This document shows positions 51,401-60,968 of a stretch of 64,000 nt of DNA, one piece after another. The stretch lies in the IMG/VR virus record IMGVR_UViG_3300036770_008702, positions 1 through 64,000 of that record. One strand, given 5' to 3'. The stretch is from a virus. The notes beneath the pieces are model-generated. The model was not told where the DNA came from. It was given only the letters and a program-made list of their open reading frames with translations, and did not search any database. How positions within the stretch are numbered: position 1 is the first letter of the stretch; every line of letters starts with the position of its first letter. Both the position numbers and the translations under genes were made by a program.

Positions 51401-52567
51401 TCAGAACTGGGCGAGATAGAAGGCGCTGTCGGCGCCATCGCCCTGGAAGCTGATGCCATGCTGGCCGAGGCCATCGCGCTGGCCAGGGTCCATGGCGATC
51501 GCCTTGGCGTTCGGCACGATCGCCACGAAGCGGTTGCCCGGGGTGCTGCCGATGATCGCCATCAGCGACATCGGCGTGCCCGCCCGGAAGGCGTTGAACA
51601 GCGCCACCGAGTTCGTGGTGTTCATGTAGGGATCAAGGTTCCCCGCCACGTCGCGCTCGATCGGCAGGGCGGCGCCATAGCCCTCCGCACTCTCCGGGTC
51701 GTCGGGCAGGATGACGTTGACCCCGGCATTGATGGTCAGCGTCCGGACCTGGGCCAGCGCCTTGTTGAGCTGGCACTTGCCGCCGACAAAGCGCGGGGGC
51801 GTCGGCCGCAGCACCGCGGCGGCACCTGCCGGCACGGCGGTCGCAGACTTGCTGGCGAACTGGGCGCGCATCTCGAAGCTGACGAAGCCGATGCCGCCGG
51901 TGGTGAGCTCCAGGGTGGGCGTTCCCAGCGCGCCGGTGAAGGTCCAGAGCAGACCATCGGCGTAGAAGTAGATCGTCGCGGTCTTGTAGACGCTCTCGTC
52001 TGAGGTCGGGCTGTAGAGCACGTTGATCGGGATCTGCAGCAGGCTGCCCGTGGTGTAGGCCGTGCCGGCGGTATCGCCCGTGGTGATCACCCGCGCCGCG
52101 GTGTAGTCGACGATCCCGGTTGTGCCTGCAGCGATGCCGGTGACGATCAGCGGCATGCCGCGATACTGCTGCGCGGTGGTGCCGAACGGAGTGGCTGCGG
52201 TCACCGTGGTGGTGGTGCCGGCGGTGGCGGCGGTCGGGGCGCCGATGGCGGCGGCAGTGACCAGTTCGGCGAAGGTGCTGCAGCGCATCAGCTTGCCGAA
52301 GTCCGGCGCGGTGCCGGCAGTGCCGGAACCGCGCAGGGGCATGCGCAGCCGCAGTCGTGGCTTGAGGCCACCGACGACCGAGGATGCCTTGTCGAGCGAG
52401 CCGGTGAGTTCGGGCAGTTCGATGATGGTGGGGTCGAACTGCACCTCCATCTCCGACGCGATCCAATCACCTGCCGCCGGCGTGCCGCCGATGGAGTCTA
52501 CCCCGGGGGTGACTTCGATCTTGGCCGCGACGGCGGCGAACTTCATGCGTACGAGATTCACACTCAT
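51401..52567 (-). CDS. Major tail tube protein
   Basis: AKIE.T.G.D, LRGSGTAGTAP, IIGSTPGN; position. Confidence 0.8.
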   Translation of the reverse strand: MSVNLVRMKFAAVAAKIEVTPGVDSIGGTPAAGDWIASEMEVQFDPTIIELPELTGSLDKASSVVGGLKPRLRLRMPLRGSGTAGTAPDFGKLMRCSTFAELVTAAAIGAPTAATAGTTTTVTAATPFGTTAQQYRGMPLIVTGIAAGTTGIVDYTAARVITTGDTAGTAYTTGSLLQIPINVLYSPTSDESVYKTATIYFYADGLLWTFTGALGTPTLELTTGGIGFVSFEMRAQFASKSATAVPAGAAAVLRPTPPRFVGGKCQLNKALAQVRTLTINAGVNVILPDDPESAEGYGAALPIERDVAGNLDPYMNTTNSVALFNAFRAGTPMSLMAIIGSTPGNRFVAIVPNAKAIAMDPGQRDGLGQHGISFQGDGADSAFYLAQF

Positions 52568-52604
52568 GGGCTGGACCTTTCAGATTGTGCGGGTGAGCCG
52601 CAGG

Positions 52605-53057
52605 TCAGGGCAGGTAGGGGGACCCGAGCGGCGCGATAGCCAGCATCGAGAAGCGGGCCAGGAATTCACCGGCCGGCTTGGCGCTCTCGTCGGTGTCGTA
52701 GAGCCGGAACTCGGCGCCCTGTTCGGTGGCCTCGCCGAGCCCATCGACGGTGGGCGTCCAACCGGCGAGGGCCGCCACCACCGAGGCATGCAGATCCGAA
52801 AGCCCCTGCTCGACACCCAGGTCGGTGGTGTCCCGTATGTAGCCGGCGACCACGAAACCCATCGTGTAGTGGGTGCTGCCCGGCTCGGCCGTCTCGTCGG
52901 CCTCCCAGTCGGTGCCGGTCAGCACGAGGCGTGGCAGAGGCTCCTTGTCGATGTCGACCAGTGCGCGGCGCGCGCGCTCCAGGACGGTGCCCGGCAGTTC
53001 GGTTGTCAGGCGGTCGGCGATCGCGGCCAGTGCTGCCTCGCGGATCGGTGTCGACAT
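52605..53057 (-). CDS. Tail completion/terminator-like protein
   Basis: MSTPIREAALAAI..RL; precedes tail tube. Confidence 0.7.
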   Translation of the reverse strand: MSTPIREAALAAIADRLTTELPGTVLERARRALVDIDKEPLPRLVLTGTDWEADETAEPGSTHYTMGFVVAGYIRDTTDLGVEQGLSDLHASVVAALAGWTPTVDGLGEATEQGAEFRLYDTDESAKPAGEFLARFSMLAIAPLGSPYLP

Positions 53058-53059
53058 GT

Positions 53060-53377
53060 TCAGCCCTCCGCCAGGACGAGGCGCCAGGAGAGGTCGAGCG
53101 GATCGCGCTCGGCGTCCTCGACGCGGTGCACCGCGGTGCCAATCCGCACCTCGTCGCCACGTTGCGGTTCCAGTGAGGCGATGTCGCCCGCGAGGATGGT
53201 GGCGGACAGACTGCCGGCGCGGGTGCCGATGCCGCCCAGCCCACCGATGGTGTCGGTGGGTCGCGACAGCACGACACGGGCCGGCACCCAGGGGCCGGGC
53301 GGATGGCGGAAGTCGGCCGGGGTGCCGATGTTGCTGTCGGCGTGCGCCGCCGCCAACATGGAGGCGAAGGCCGACAT
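53060..53377 (-). CDS. Head-tail joining protein
   Basis: PQRGD.V.IG...V...ERD...W. Confidence 0.75.
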   Translation of the reverse strand: MSAFASMLAAAHADSNIGTPADFRHPPGPWVPARVVLSRPTDTIGGLGGIGTRAGSLSATILAGDIASLEPQRGDEVRIGTAVHRVEDAERDPLDLSWRLVLAEG

Positions 53378-53757
53378 CAGCCCCTCCCCGCCGGATAGGC
53401 ATCGCGGTTGAGCTCGAAGTGCGGGCCATCGCGGAAGCGCGGCCAGTCGCCACCCCACACGATGGCGACACCGCGGGCCTGCGCGGCATCCTTTACGGCC
53501 TTGGCCATTGGGAAAAAAAGCGGCCAGTCCCAGCGGACCTTGCCCGCCACCGTCGGGGCGAGATCGACGGCGTGGCCAGTGAGGTGCCGGCTGTCCATGG
53601 TGCGGCTGGCGCCGGCCTTTACCAGCTGCGCCTGACGCTCGCGTGTGCGCATGCCCTCCACCACGATGAAGGGCAGAATCTGGCGCGCCGCCTCGACGAC
53701 GGCAACCAGGTCGGGATGCACGCCCGTGAGCCGGGCCTTGTCGCGGACCGTCATCAT
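53377..53757 (-). CDS. M15 peptidase endolysin
   Basis: GVHPDL, EG.RT.ERQ, SRHLTGHAVD, WGGDW..F.DGPHFEL. Confidence 0.92.
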   Translation of the reverse strand: MMTVRDKARLTGVHPDLVAVVEAARQILPFIVVEGMRTRERQAQLVKAGASRTMDSRHLTGHAVDLAPTVAGKVRWDWPLFFPMAKAVKDAAQARGVAIVWGGDWPRFRDGPHFELNRDAYPAGRG

Positions 53758-53930
53758 GCGCTGGCACCCCGGTCACGGAGCAGGATGCCGAGCAGGCCGG
53801 CGATGCCGGTGCCGATCAGGGTGATGTTCTGCATCACGCCGGGATCGAGATGCAGGCCGAGCGCGGCGAAGACGCCGGTGAGCGCACCATAGGTGCTGGC
53901 CTCGCGGAAGCGGGCGATCAGGTAGGTCAT
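53754..53930 (-). CDS. Putative holin
   Basis: 58 aa, RFREASTY motif, two hydrophobic segments, coupled to endolysin. Confidence 0.7.
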   Translation of the reverse strand: MTYLIARFREASTYGALTGVFAALGLHLDPGVMQNITLIGTGIAGLLGILLRDRGASA

Positions 53931-53958
53931 GATGTGTCTCCTGGGGGAGAGGGCGGCG

Positions 53959-54300
53959 TCAGGTCCCCGCCGGGGTGGACCCGGACAGCCGCACCCGCAC
54001 CGTGGTGTCGGCGGAGGCCGCGGCCGCGACGGCATGGCCGATGGCGGTGTTGGAAGTTGCCGTGGTGGTGACCCGCCTGTTGGTGTTGTCCCAGAAGACC
54101 CGGGCACCAACGGCGATCACCAGCGGCGCCTCCTTGGTGATGTCGAAGACGCCATTCACCGCCACCTCGGCAGTGACGCCGGTGAGCGCATCGACAGCGA
54201 CGACGCCGAAAAGCGCGCCGACCAAGACGCCCTGGCCGGAGGTGCGGTCGTAGGGCATGGGCAGCGGGACCGAGAGGCCCGGCTGGACGAAATTCTTCAT
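53959..54300 (-). CDS. DUF2190 capsid cement/decoration protein
   Basis: MKNFVQPG...SGQGVLVG.LFGV. Confidence 0.9.
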   Translation of the reverse strand: MKNFVQPGLSVPLPMPYDRTSGQGVLVGALFGVVAVDALTGVTAEVAVNGVFDITKEAPLVIAVGARVFWDNTNRRVTTTATSNTAIGHAVAAAASADTTVRVRLSGSTPAGT

Positions 54301-54406
54301 GATGGAGACGCTCCAGAAACGCGAAGGGCGACCCGAAGGAGGCCGTGTGAGAATTAGCGCCGGAACTCAGGTAGAATCGCCGCATCGGTAACGGTGCGGC
54401 GATTCC

Positions 54407-55819
54407 ATGAGATACGTGCGCGGCGAAGACCGGAACCAGGCGAACCTGCTTCCGGCTGTTCTGGATGATTACGTTGGACCCGAAGCGGCGGTGCGTGTCG
54501 TGGACGTCTTCGTAGATGGCCTCGACATGGCGGGACTTGGTTTTGGTCGAGCTGCTCCAGCCGCATTGGGACGTCCCGGTTACGATCCTCGCGACCTGCT
54601 GAAGCTCTACATCTACGGCTACCTGAACGAAGTCCGCTCGTCGCGTCGCCTGGAACGAGAGTGCGGGCGCAATCTCGAGGTGATGTGGCTGGTTCGGCGC
54701 CTTGCTCCGGACTTCAAGACGATTGCGGATTTCAGACGTGACAATACGGAAGCGATCGTCGGCACAGCCCGCGCCTTTGTGCTGTTCTGCCGTGATCAAG
54801 GCCTTTTCGCAGCGCGGCTGGTTGCCCTGGATGGTTCAAAGTTTCGGGCAGCTGCGAGCGCCAAGCGGATCATGGGACGGCGCGAAATTTCGGAAGAGGT
54901 GGCGCGCGTCGACCGGGCTATTGCAGGCTATCTTGGTCGCCTTGACGCAGCGGACGCAGATGAGCCGGCCGATAGCGATACATCGACTACTTCTGGTTCG
55001 GTGGAGGCGGCTATTGCAACGCTCCAAGAGCGGCGTGCCGAACTTGATCGGCTAGCCGCGTATCTGGAAGCCGAAGGACGCACCACCATTGTCGAGGGCG
55101 AGCCGGATGCGCGACCGATGCGATCGGGCGCTGGACGCAAGCCACCGAGCTACAATGTCCAAACGGCTGTCGATGCTGAGACCGGCCTCATTGTTCACCA
55201 CGAGGTCACGACCGAACCGACTGACAACCGGCTGCTCTATACCATGGCAAGTGCCACCAAGGCTTCGCTCGATCGCGAAACGCTCACGGTGGTCGCGGAT
55301 AAGGGCTACTCAAATGGGGCCGATGCCAGCGCCTGCGAAGCGGGTGGCATTACGCCATGCGTGCCTGCCAACCGATCGAGCAACAACCAAGGTGATGGCA
55401 CGTTGTTCACGCGGTCGGTCTTCACGTACGAGCCGGAGGGCGATCGATATCGCTGCCCAGCAGGTCGCCTCCTCGTTCGCAGGCAAGTTATCCGTCGAGA
55501 CGCCACCATCCTCTATGCCGCTCGCGACTGCAGCGGCTGTGACCTGAAGCCCCGCTGCACCCAAACCAACCGGCGCCTCATCACCCGCCACCTGCATGAG
55601 GACGCGCTGGTGCGCATGCAGGCTCGTATCGACGCGGATTCGACTCTGATGGTCAAACGACGCTGTGCCGCCGAGCATCCGTTTGGAACGATCAAACGAA
55701 TGAGCCAGGGACGGTTCCTGACCAGAGGCCTAAAGGGGACCAGAGGAGAGTTTGCCCTTTCGGTTCTCGCCTACAACATCCTCCGCAGCACCAATATCGC
55801 CAGGTCCGCAACATCCTAA
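54407..55819 (+). CDS. IS1182 transposase
   Basis: YGYLN.VRSSRRLE, PDFKTIADFR, LDGSKF, ADKGY, EHPFGTIK. Confidence 0.95.
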   Translation: MRYVRGEDRNQANLLPAVLDDYVGPEAAVRVVDVFVDGLDMAGLGFGRAAPAALGRPGYDPRDLLKLYIYGYLNEVRSSRRLERECGRNLEVMWLVRRLAPDFKTIADFRRDNTEAIVGTARAFVLFCRDQGLFAARLVALDGSKFRAAASAKRIMGRREISEEVARVDRAIAGYLGRLDAADADEPADSDTSTTSGSVEAAIATLQERRAELDRLAAYLEAEGRTTIVEGEPDARPMRSGAGRKPPSYNVQTAVDAETGLIVHHEVTTEPTDNRLLYTMASATKASLDRETLTVVADKGYSNGADASACEAGGITPCVPANRSSNNQGDGTLFTRSVFTYEPEGDRYRCPAGRLLVRRQVIRRDATILYAARDCSGCDLKPRCTQTNRRLITRHLHEDALVRMQARIDADSTLMVKRRCAAEHPFGTIKRMSQGRFLTRGLKGTRGEFALSVLAYNILRSTNIARSATS

Positions 55820-55860
55820 TGCGCCGCCGTCGGTTCGGCGTCTCAGCATAAGTAAGAAAG

Positions 55861-55890
55861 GAGGCCTCCAGTTGGAGGCCTCTTCGTTTT
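55861..55890 (+). terminator. Hairpin inside the IS right end
   Basis: GAGGCCTCCA-gt-TGGAGGCCTC followed by TTCGTTTT. Confidence 0.6.
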
Positions 55891-55970
55891 CACACGGCCT
55901 CCCGAAGGCCGCCCGTTCGCGAGACGATGAGGATGGAGAGGAAGGCCGGGCGGGCTCGATCAGCCCGGCA

Positions 55971-58067
55971 TCAGGTTCCCGGGTTGAACCAGGCACCACG
56001 CCAGTCGATGGCGCCGACGCCGAAGTCGAAGATCACCGACACCTCGACGCCGTCGACGCCGGAGACCGGACCGGTGGTCACCTGCGGGCCCTCGGCGCCG
56101 TTGAGATAGCCGTAGACGTAGACCGGCGCCGACACCGCATCGGAGAACAGATACCAGCGGTTGGCCGGGATCAGCGGCTCGACCAGGGGCTGGATGAAGC
56201 CAGCGTAGATGTTGACGTTGCTGGTCTGGTTGGCCTGCACCGATACGGTCAGCTGCCTGGCAGCCAGTTCCTGGTTCGGACCCACCACCAGCTGCATGCT
56301 GGAGCCGACCGAAATTGGCAGCCCATCCAGCGTCTTCTGCTTCATCACCGCCGCCCGGCCGGCGGCAAGGTTGGTCAGGTCGAGTGCCGTGCCGGAAGCC
56401 GCCTTGTTGGCCCGTGCGGCGCCGGTGGCGAACACCGCCGTGGCCCCGGTGGTCAGCGTCGGGCCATCGCCGTTGGCGGTATTGAGCAGGCCATAGGCGG
56501 TTACATTCTCGAAGTCCGCCACGCGCCGCCCGATCATGGCGGCGAAGTCGGTGAAGGCGCCGAGATCGTCATTGACCAGCATCGGCCGGGTGACGCGGAT
56601 GCGCCGGGCGAAGGTGGTCAGCGCCACCAGTTCCTGGCTCTCGGACATGGTGCCGGCCTGGATCTCGCCGCTCTCGGACAGCGGCACCAGGTTGGGGAAG
56701 TCCCCGACGCGCAGGTGGCGGTGCGGCTTGAAGTCGCGGAAGTCGCGCCGCAGGAAGATCTGGCGGTAGGTGGGGTTTGCCGGCGCGTAGGCGGCGAGCA
56801 GCATCTTGTTGGCGGCGGCCGAGAGCAGCAGCGGGAAGTCGCTGGTGGTCTGGAAGGCGCGCTCAGCCAGCTTGGCGGTGTCGCGCGGGATGTTCTTCTC
56901 CCCGCGGGCGCGCATCAACTCGGCGACCATCTCGGACGGACGCCAGCCGAGGAACTCGGCATGCCGGCCAGAGGTGGGCGCCTGGTAGCCGGGCATGGCG
57001 CGCACAGCCAGCGCCTCGGCCATGGCGTCGCGGATGACCTCGGGATCCTGCGACGCCGGACCAGCGGTCGGGTTGGCGGGCAGCGTGGGTGCCGCGGCGC
57101 GGCCGCGCTGGGCGAAGGCGTCCCACAGCCGGCCGCGCAGCACGTCGGCCGACACCCGCTCGCGGACGGCGGCCTGACGCTGGGCGTCGATCTGGTCGTC
57201 GGGCAGCAGGCCACGGGCGGCGGCGAGCACCGGATCGTAGCTGGCGATGCGCTCGGTCGCGGCGCGATCGGCCTCGGCACGAATGGCGTCGAGGTCCGGT
57301 GCAGGGGGCGGCGTCGTTGCTGGGGCCGCGGGTGCAGTCGCGGGGTTGGTGGTCATGGTCGGATTGGCCTCCTGGCCCGTGGCGGTGGTGGTCGTCGCGG
57401 CGTCTGCCGGGTCCGGCATGATGGTCTCCTGGGTGGGGATGGGATCGGGATCGGGGATGGCCGGCTCGATGGCCGGCATGGGCGGAGTGTCACTGGCGCC
57501 GCGCACAGCGGCGGCCGGATCGACCGGCAGCGGGACGACAGAAATCTCGTAGGGCTCCCAATCGACAGCCCGGTGGACGGTGCCGGCGACGGGATCCGGG
57601 ATCGGCTCGTAGCGGTGCACGCGGTATCCGACGCTGACGCTGCGCAGGGTGCCGTCGGCGATGCGTTGCCAGAGCGGTTCGACATCGGCCGCGGACGAGA
57701 ACTGCAGCGTGGCGATACCGCGACCGCCCTCGAGGCGGGCGGAGATCACGCGACCCACGACGTCACGGGCATCACCACTGCGGTGGGTGTTGAGCACCGG
57801 GGCGGCGCCATCCCGGAGCCCCTGCATGCGCACCGCGTTCGGCGACATGTCGAGCTCCTCGGTGATCAGGCCGAGGGGTGGGACGAAGTTGCGGGCGCGG
57901 GCACCGGTGGACCACAACACCTCGACCGTGCGCGCAGCGCGGTTGACGGTCGCCGGTGCGGCAAGAGCACGGGCAGCGACGATCGACTGCCCATCGGTGG
58001 GAAGTCGATCGGCATGCATCGGCGCCGGCGCGGGATCGCTCCCGCCCGGATCGATGGGTTCGGTCAT
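55971..58067 (-). CDS. Prohead protease-major capsid fusion
   Basis: PVLNTH, SVSVGY, WEPYEISVV; TTSDFP.LL; D.G.GAIDWRG. Confidence 0.93.
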   Translation of the reverse strand: MTEPIDPGGSDPAPAPMHADRLPTDGQSIVAARALAAPATVNRAARTVEVLWSTGARARNFVPPLGLITEELDMSPNAVRMQGLRDGAAPVLNTHRSGDARDVVGRVISARLEGGRGIATLQFSSAADVEPLWQRIADGTLRSVSVGYRVHRYEPIPDPVAGTVHRAVDWEPYEISVVPLPVDPAAAVRGASDTPPMPAIEPAIPDPDPIPTQETIMPDPADAATTTTATGQEANPTMTTNPATAPAAPATTPPPAPDLDAIRAEADRAATERIASYDPVLAAARGLLPDDQIDAQRQAAVRERVSADVLRGRLWDAFAQRGRAAAPTLPANPTAGPASQDPEVIRDAMAEALAVRAMPGYQAPTSGRHAEFLGWRPSEMVAELMRARGEKNIPRDTAKLAERAFQTTSDFPLLLSAAANKMLLAAYAPANPTYRQIFLRRDFRDFKPHRHLRVGDFPNLVPLSESGEIQAGTMSESQELVALTTFARRIRVTRPMLVNDDLGAFTDFAAMIGRRVADFENVTAYGLLNTANGDGPTLTTGATAVFATGAARANKAASGTALDLTNLAAGRAAVMKQKTLDGLPISVGSSMQLVVGPNQELAARQLTVSVQANQTSNVNIYAGFIQPLVEPLIPANRWYLFSDAVSAPVYVYGYLNGAEGPQVTTGPVSGVDGVEVSVIFDFGVGAIDWRGAWFNPGT

Positions 58068-58253
58068 GATGTCAGCCTTGCTGGGGTGCTTTGCTAGAAG
58101 GCGGATGTGCTGTTGGCCGTCTTCCGCGGGGAACTGCGGCGGGCACAGCCCTCGCCTCTATGGTTCCTAAAGTTGCCACACCGAATAGTTGTGGCCTGCG
58201 CACGGTCCGCGTGACGTGTAGACGTGGCCGCGAACTGATGGCCAAATCAGAAT

Positions 58254-58964
58254 ATGTCAATTCCGAGTGACCGTCAGCGCCTTCGCCAGTTCGCGGCCGA
58301 ATACGAGTTTCGGCTTTTTCAGGAAGACGCCAAGTATCTAATTGAAAAAACGGCCTGCGGTAACCCGCGATTCGAGGATTGGAGAAAATACTCTAACTTT
58401 TATATTTCTAATTGTGGCAACCCGTTAAATCGAGAAATGGCAACGGTAACCGCTTTTTTTGGGAAGAGGCCAATTGGTTACATGATGAGTGGTGGAGGTC
58501 TTCTGATGGAAGATGGGGCCAGTCTTCATTACTCCTTTGGATTTTCAGGCGCTGTGGTCATCAGCCTCTATCCAGCACATTCCGAATTTATGCGTCCTCG
58601 GGAGAAAATGATCCACCTCCACATCGGTCAGCTCACCGCACACCAGATTGGCAAACGAGTTCAATCAGATGTGACGAATTTGATAGCGTACGCCCACGTA
58701 ACATCCATAGACGGCAACCCCACGCTACGTGAGAAGGCGCGCATTTGGCTTCTGCGTAAATCAAAACCGACGCAAACCGACGATGGATTTCAAGATGCAC
58801 TTTTGAGAAAATACATAAGAATTGGCACGGCTTACCTGCCGAAAGCTATCATCACTTCCTTCCTAGGCGAAACCTTCAAGGTTATTGCCATTGCACTTGC
58901 CGTAGTGGTCCTAGTGCGCTTGGGTTTCCCTGAATGGGCCGAGCGCTTTCTGCCTCGCAAGTAA
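58254..58964 (+). CDS. Low-GC moron of unknown function with C-terminal TM
   Basis: 236-aa antisense ORF between portal and capsid. Confidence 0.75.
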   Translation: MSIPSDRQRLRQFAAEYEFRLFQEDAKYLIEKTACGNPRFEDWRKYSNFYISNCGNPLNREMATVTAFFGKRPIGYMMSGGGLLMEDGASLHYSFGFSGAVVISLYPAHSEFMRPREKMIHLHIGQLTAHQIGKRVQSDVTNLIAYAHVTSIDGNPTLREKARIWLLRKSKPTQTDDGFQDALLRKYIRIGTAYLPKAIITSFLGETFKVIAIALAVVVLVRLGFPEWAERFLPRK

Positions 58965-59071
58965 CGCTGTCGCCTGTAGAACGGCGAGGCCGAAAGCTCC
59001 AAATTAAAGAAGTCACTGGCTGCCTACGACGCACCTTGCTGGATATGGCTCATTTCACCTCGACCGCGCTA

Positions 59072-60523
59072 CTACGGCAATGCTGCACCCGTCGCGGCAA
59101 TCTCCATAGCCGCCATTTGTGCCGCGTCCTGCGCGCCTCCGCTCTTGGCCACCCGTCGCGGATCGCTGTCGAGCGAGATTCCCGCGTCATCGAGCAGCGC
59201 GTTGGCGGCGCGGATCATCTCCACCGCCTGACGGAAATCGTAGCCGAACGAGCCCACTGCCTCGGGCTGTGGCACAAAGCCCGCGCGCACCTGTGCGATC
59301 AACGCCGTAGTATCCTTCAGTGGATCGATCATCTCGTGCGCCGGAGGGACGTGCGCCACGTCGTCCGGAATCTCCGCTCCCCACAGGCCGAGCAATGCCC
59401 CCTGCTGGTAAAAGCGGTCGGCGATGGGCCGCACCAGCATCGGAATCAGCATGCCGTACTGCACCTGCTCACACAGCCGGCGGAACTCGATCTTGCCCGC
59501 CCGCAAGCTGGAGTAGTTCGCCTGGGTCAGATCGCCGGAAACCTGGTCATAAGTGAGGCCCGCGCCGACGGACGCTGCTTCCAGCGCGCGCCGAGCGAAG
59601 GCGGTGTGACTGCCACCGCCGGAGGGGTTCACCACTTCCACCGAACCGCTACCGCGCCGGTAGAGGATCATCCCCGGCTCGAAGGCTTCCACCGGCCGGC
59701 CCTGGGCATCCCGCAGCAGACCTGCGGCTGGCCCAGTCAGCACTTCGTCACCCTCCTCGGTGACGACCGCGGCAAGGCATGCCTCGATCTTGGCTTTCAT
59801 CAGCAGGGCCGCCTCGTAGTCGCCGAGGTCGCGTAGCCGTAGCAGGATCGGCGCCAGCCAGGACACGTCGCGCAGCTGGCCGGGCCGGCGCTTGCGGTAG
59901 ATGTGCAGCACCTCCGAGGTTGGGACTGGCATGCTGCTCTGGCTCGTCCCCGGCAGATACCACGACGCCCCAGGATGCTGCGGGAACAACCAGTAGGCCG
60001 CGGGTGCACCGGTAGCATCGAGCGTGATGCCCTGCACCGTGATTGCGCCACCAATCGTGCCGGTGCGGCTGGCGTCGAGGTGGTCGCTCTCCAGCACCTG
60101 CAGGCGCAGGCCGATGGGGTTGGCGGGCGTCGGTTCGCTGGTGAGCAGCCGCACCAGGCACTCCCCGCTCTCGACGACCGAGCGCATGACCAGTGCCTGC
60201 AACCCATAGAGATCGAGCCGCCCCTCGGCATCGCAGGCGGTGCTCTCAGCCCAGCGCCGCCAGGTATCGGCGTGCTTCTTGTCCGGCCAGCGGGTGGTGA
60301 TGCCGGCGCCGACGGCGTTGCCGGTCCAGAGGTCGACGATGCGGGCGGCATAGGGATCGTTGCGGACGGCATCGCGGGCGCGGCGCGTGATGGTGCTCGA
60401 CGCGCTGGCCACTTCACTGTTGGCGCTGCCGCCCGAGGCCGCCCAGGTGGACGCGCGGGCGTCCTGGGCCGCCGCATAGCCGCGCAGGGCGCGCCATGCG
60501 TTTCGGAAGCGGGTGGCGATCAT
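59072..60523 (-). CDS. Lambda-family portal protein
   Basis: RARDAVRNDPYA, RPGQLR, ANYSSLRAG, IDPLKD. Confidence 0.95.
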   Translation of the reverse strand: MIATRFRNAWRALRGYAAAQDARASTWAASGGSANSEVASASSTITRRARDAVRNDPYAARIVDLWTGNAVGAGITTRWPDKKHADTWRRWAESTACDAEGRLDLYGLQALVMRSVVESGECLVRLLTSEPTPANPIGLRLQVLESDHLDASRTGTIGGAITVQGITLDATGAPAAYWLFPQHPGASWYLPGTSQSSMPVPTSEVLHIYRKRRPGQLRDVSWLAPILLRLRDLGDYEAALLMKAKIEACLAAVVTEEGDEVLTGPAAGLLRDAQGRPVEAFEPGMILYRRGSGSVEVVNPSGGGSHTAFARRALEAASVGAGLTYDQVSGDLTQANYSSLRAGKIEFRRLCEQVQYGMLIPMLVRPIADRFYQQGALLGLWGAEIPDDVAHVPPAHEMIDPLKDTTALIAQVRAGFVPQPEAVGSFGYDFRQAVEMIRAANALLDDAGISLDSDPRRVAKSGGAQDAAQMAAMEIAATGAALP

Positions 60524-60529
60524 CGGCTG

Positions 60530-60709
60530 CTACTTCACCACCAGCCGCTTCACGACCTCGACGACGGTGCCCTCGCCAAACAGCAGCAGAAGCACGATCG
60601 CCACCAGGACGAGTTCGATGCGTTTCAGCCTGGCGTCCGTCTGCTTCCAGCGTTCGGCGCATACCGCCTCGTGGACGGCGAGCTTCTGCGCGACGTCATC
60701 CTCGGACAT
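60530..60709 (-). CDS. Small coiled-coil + TM protein
   Basis: HEAVCAERW...RLKRIE followed by a hydrophobic helix. Confidence 0.7.
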   Translation of the reverse strand: MSEDDVAQKLAVHEAVCAERWKQTDARLKRIELVLVAIVLLLLFGEGTVVEVVKRLVVK

Positions 60710-60723
60710 GGGGTGGTCTCCAG

Positions 60724-60957
60724 TCAGCCGGCGTCGCGGGTGAAGCGAGCCAGGGTGATGCAAGGTCGCCGCTGGGCCGGGTTCTCGGCGGCGTAGCCGG
60801 CGGCGAGCGCCTGCCCGATCTCGGAAAGCGACCGGTATTCGACGGTGCGGCCTTCAAAGGTCACCCGCGTGGTCCCGCCGGTGTAGGCATCGGCGAGGCC
60901 GCGCCAGCGGTTGCCTGTCGGTTGCGCCAGGGCCCAGGTCAGAGCGTCAGGATTCAT
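60724..60957 (-). CDS. gpW-like head completion protein
   Basis: GTTRVTFEGRTVEYRSLSE. Confidence 0.85.
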   Translation of the reverse strand: MNPDALTWALAQPTGNRWRGLADAYTGGTTRVTFEGRTVEYRSLSEIGQALAAGYAAENPAQRRPCITLARFTRDAG

Positions 60958-60968
60958 GATGGCGTTCC

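Larger units (their letters stand above)
54339..55901 (+). mobile_element. IS1182-family element, apparently intact
   Basis: IRs GAGGCCGTGTGA(G/A)AA; flanking CCGAAG duplication. Confidence 0.92.

Noticed and set aside
55752-58097. 781-aa plus-strand ORF
   Set aside because: Antisense to the capsid gene.
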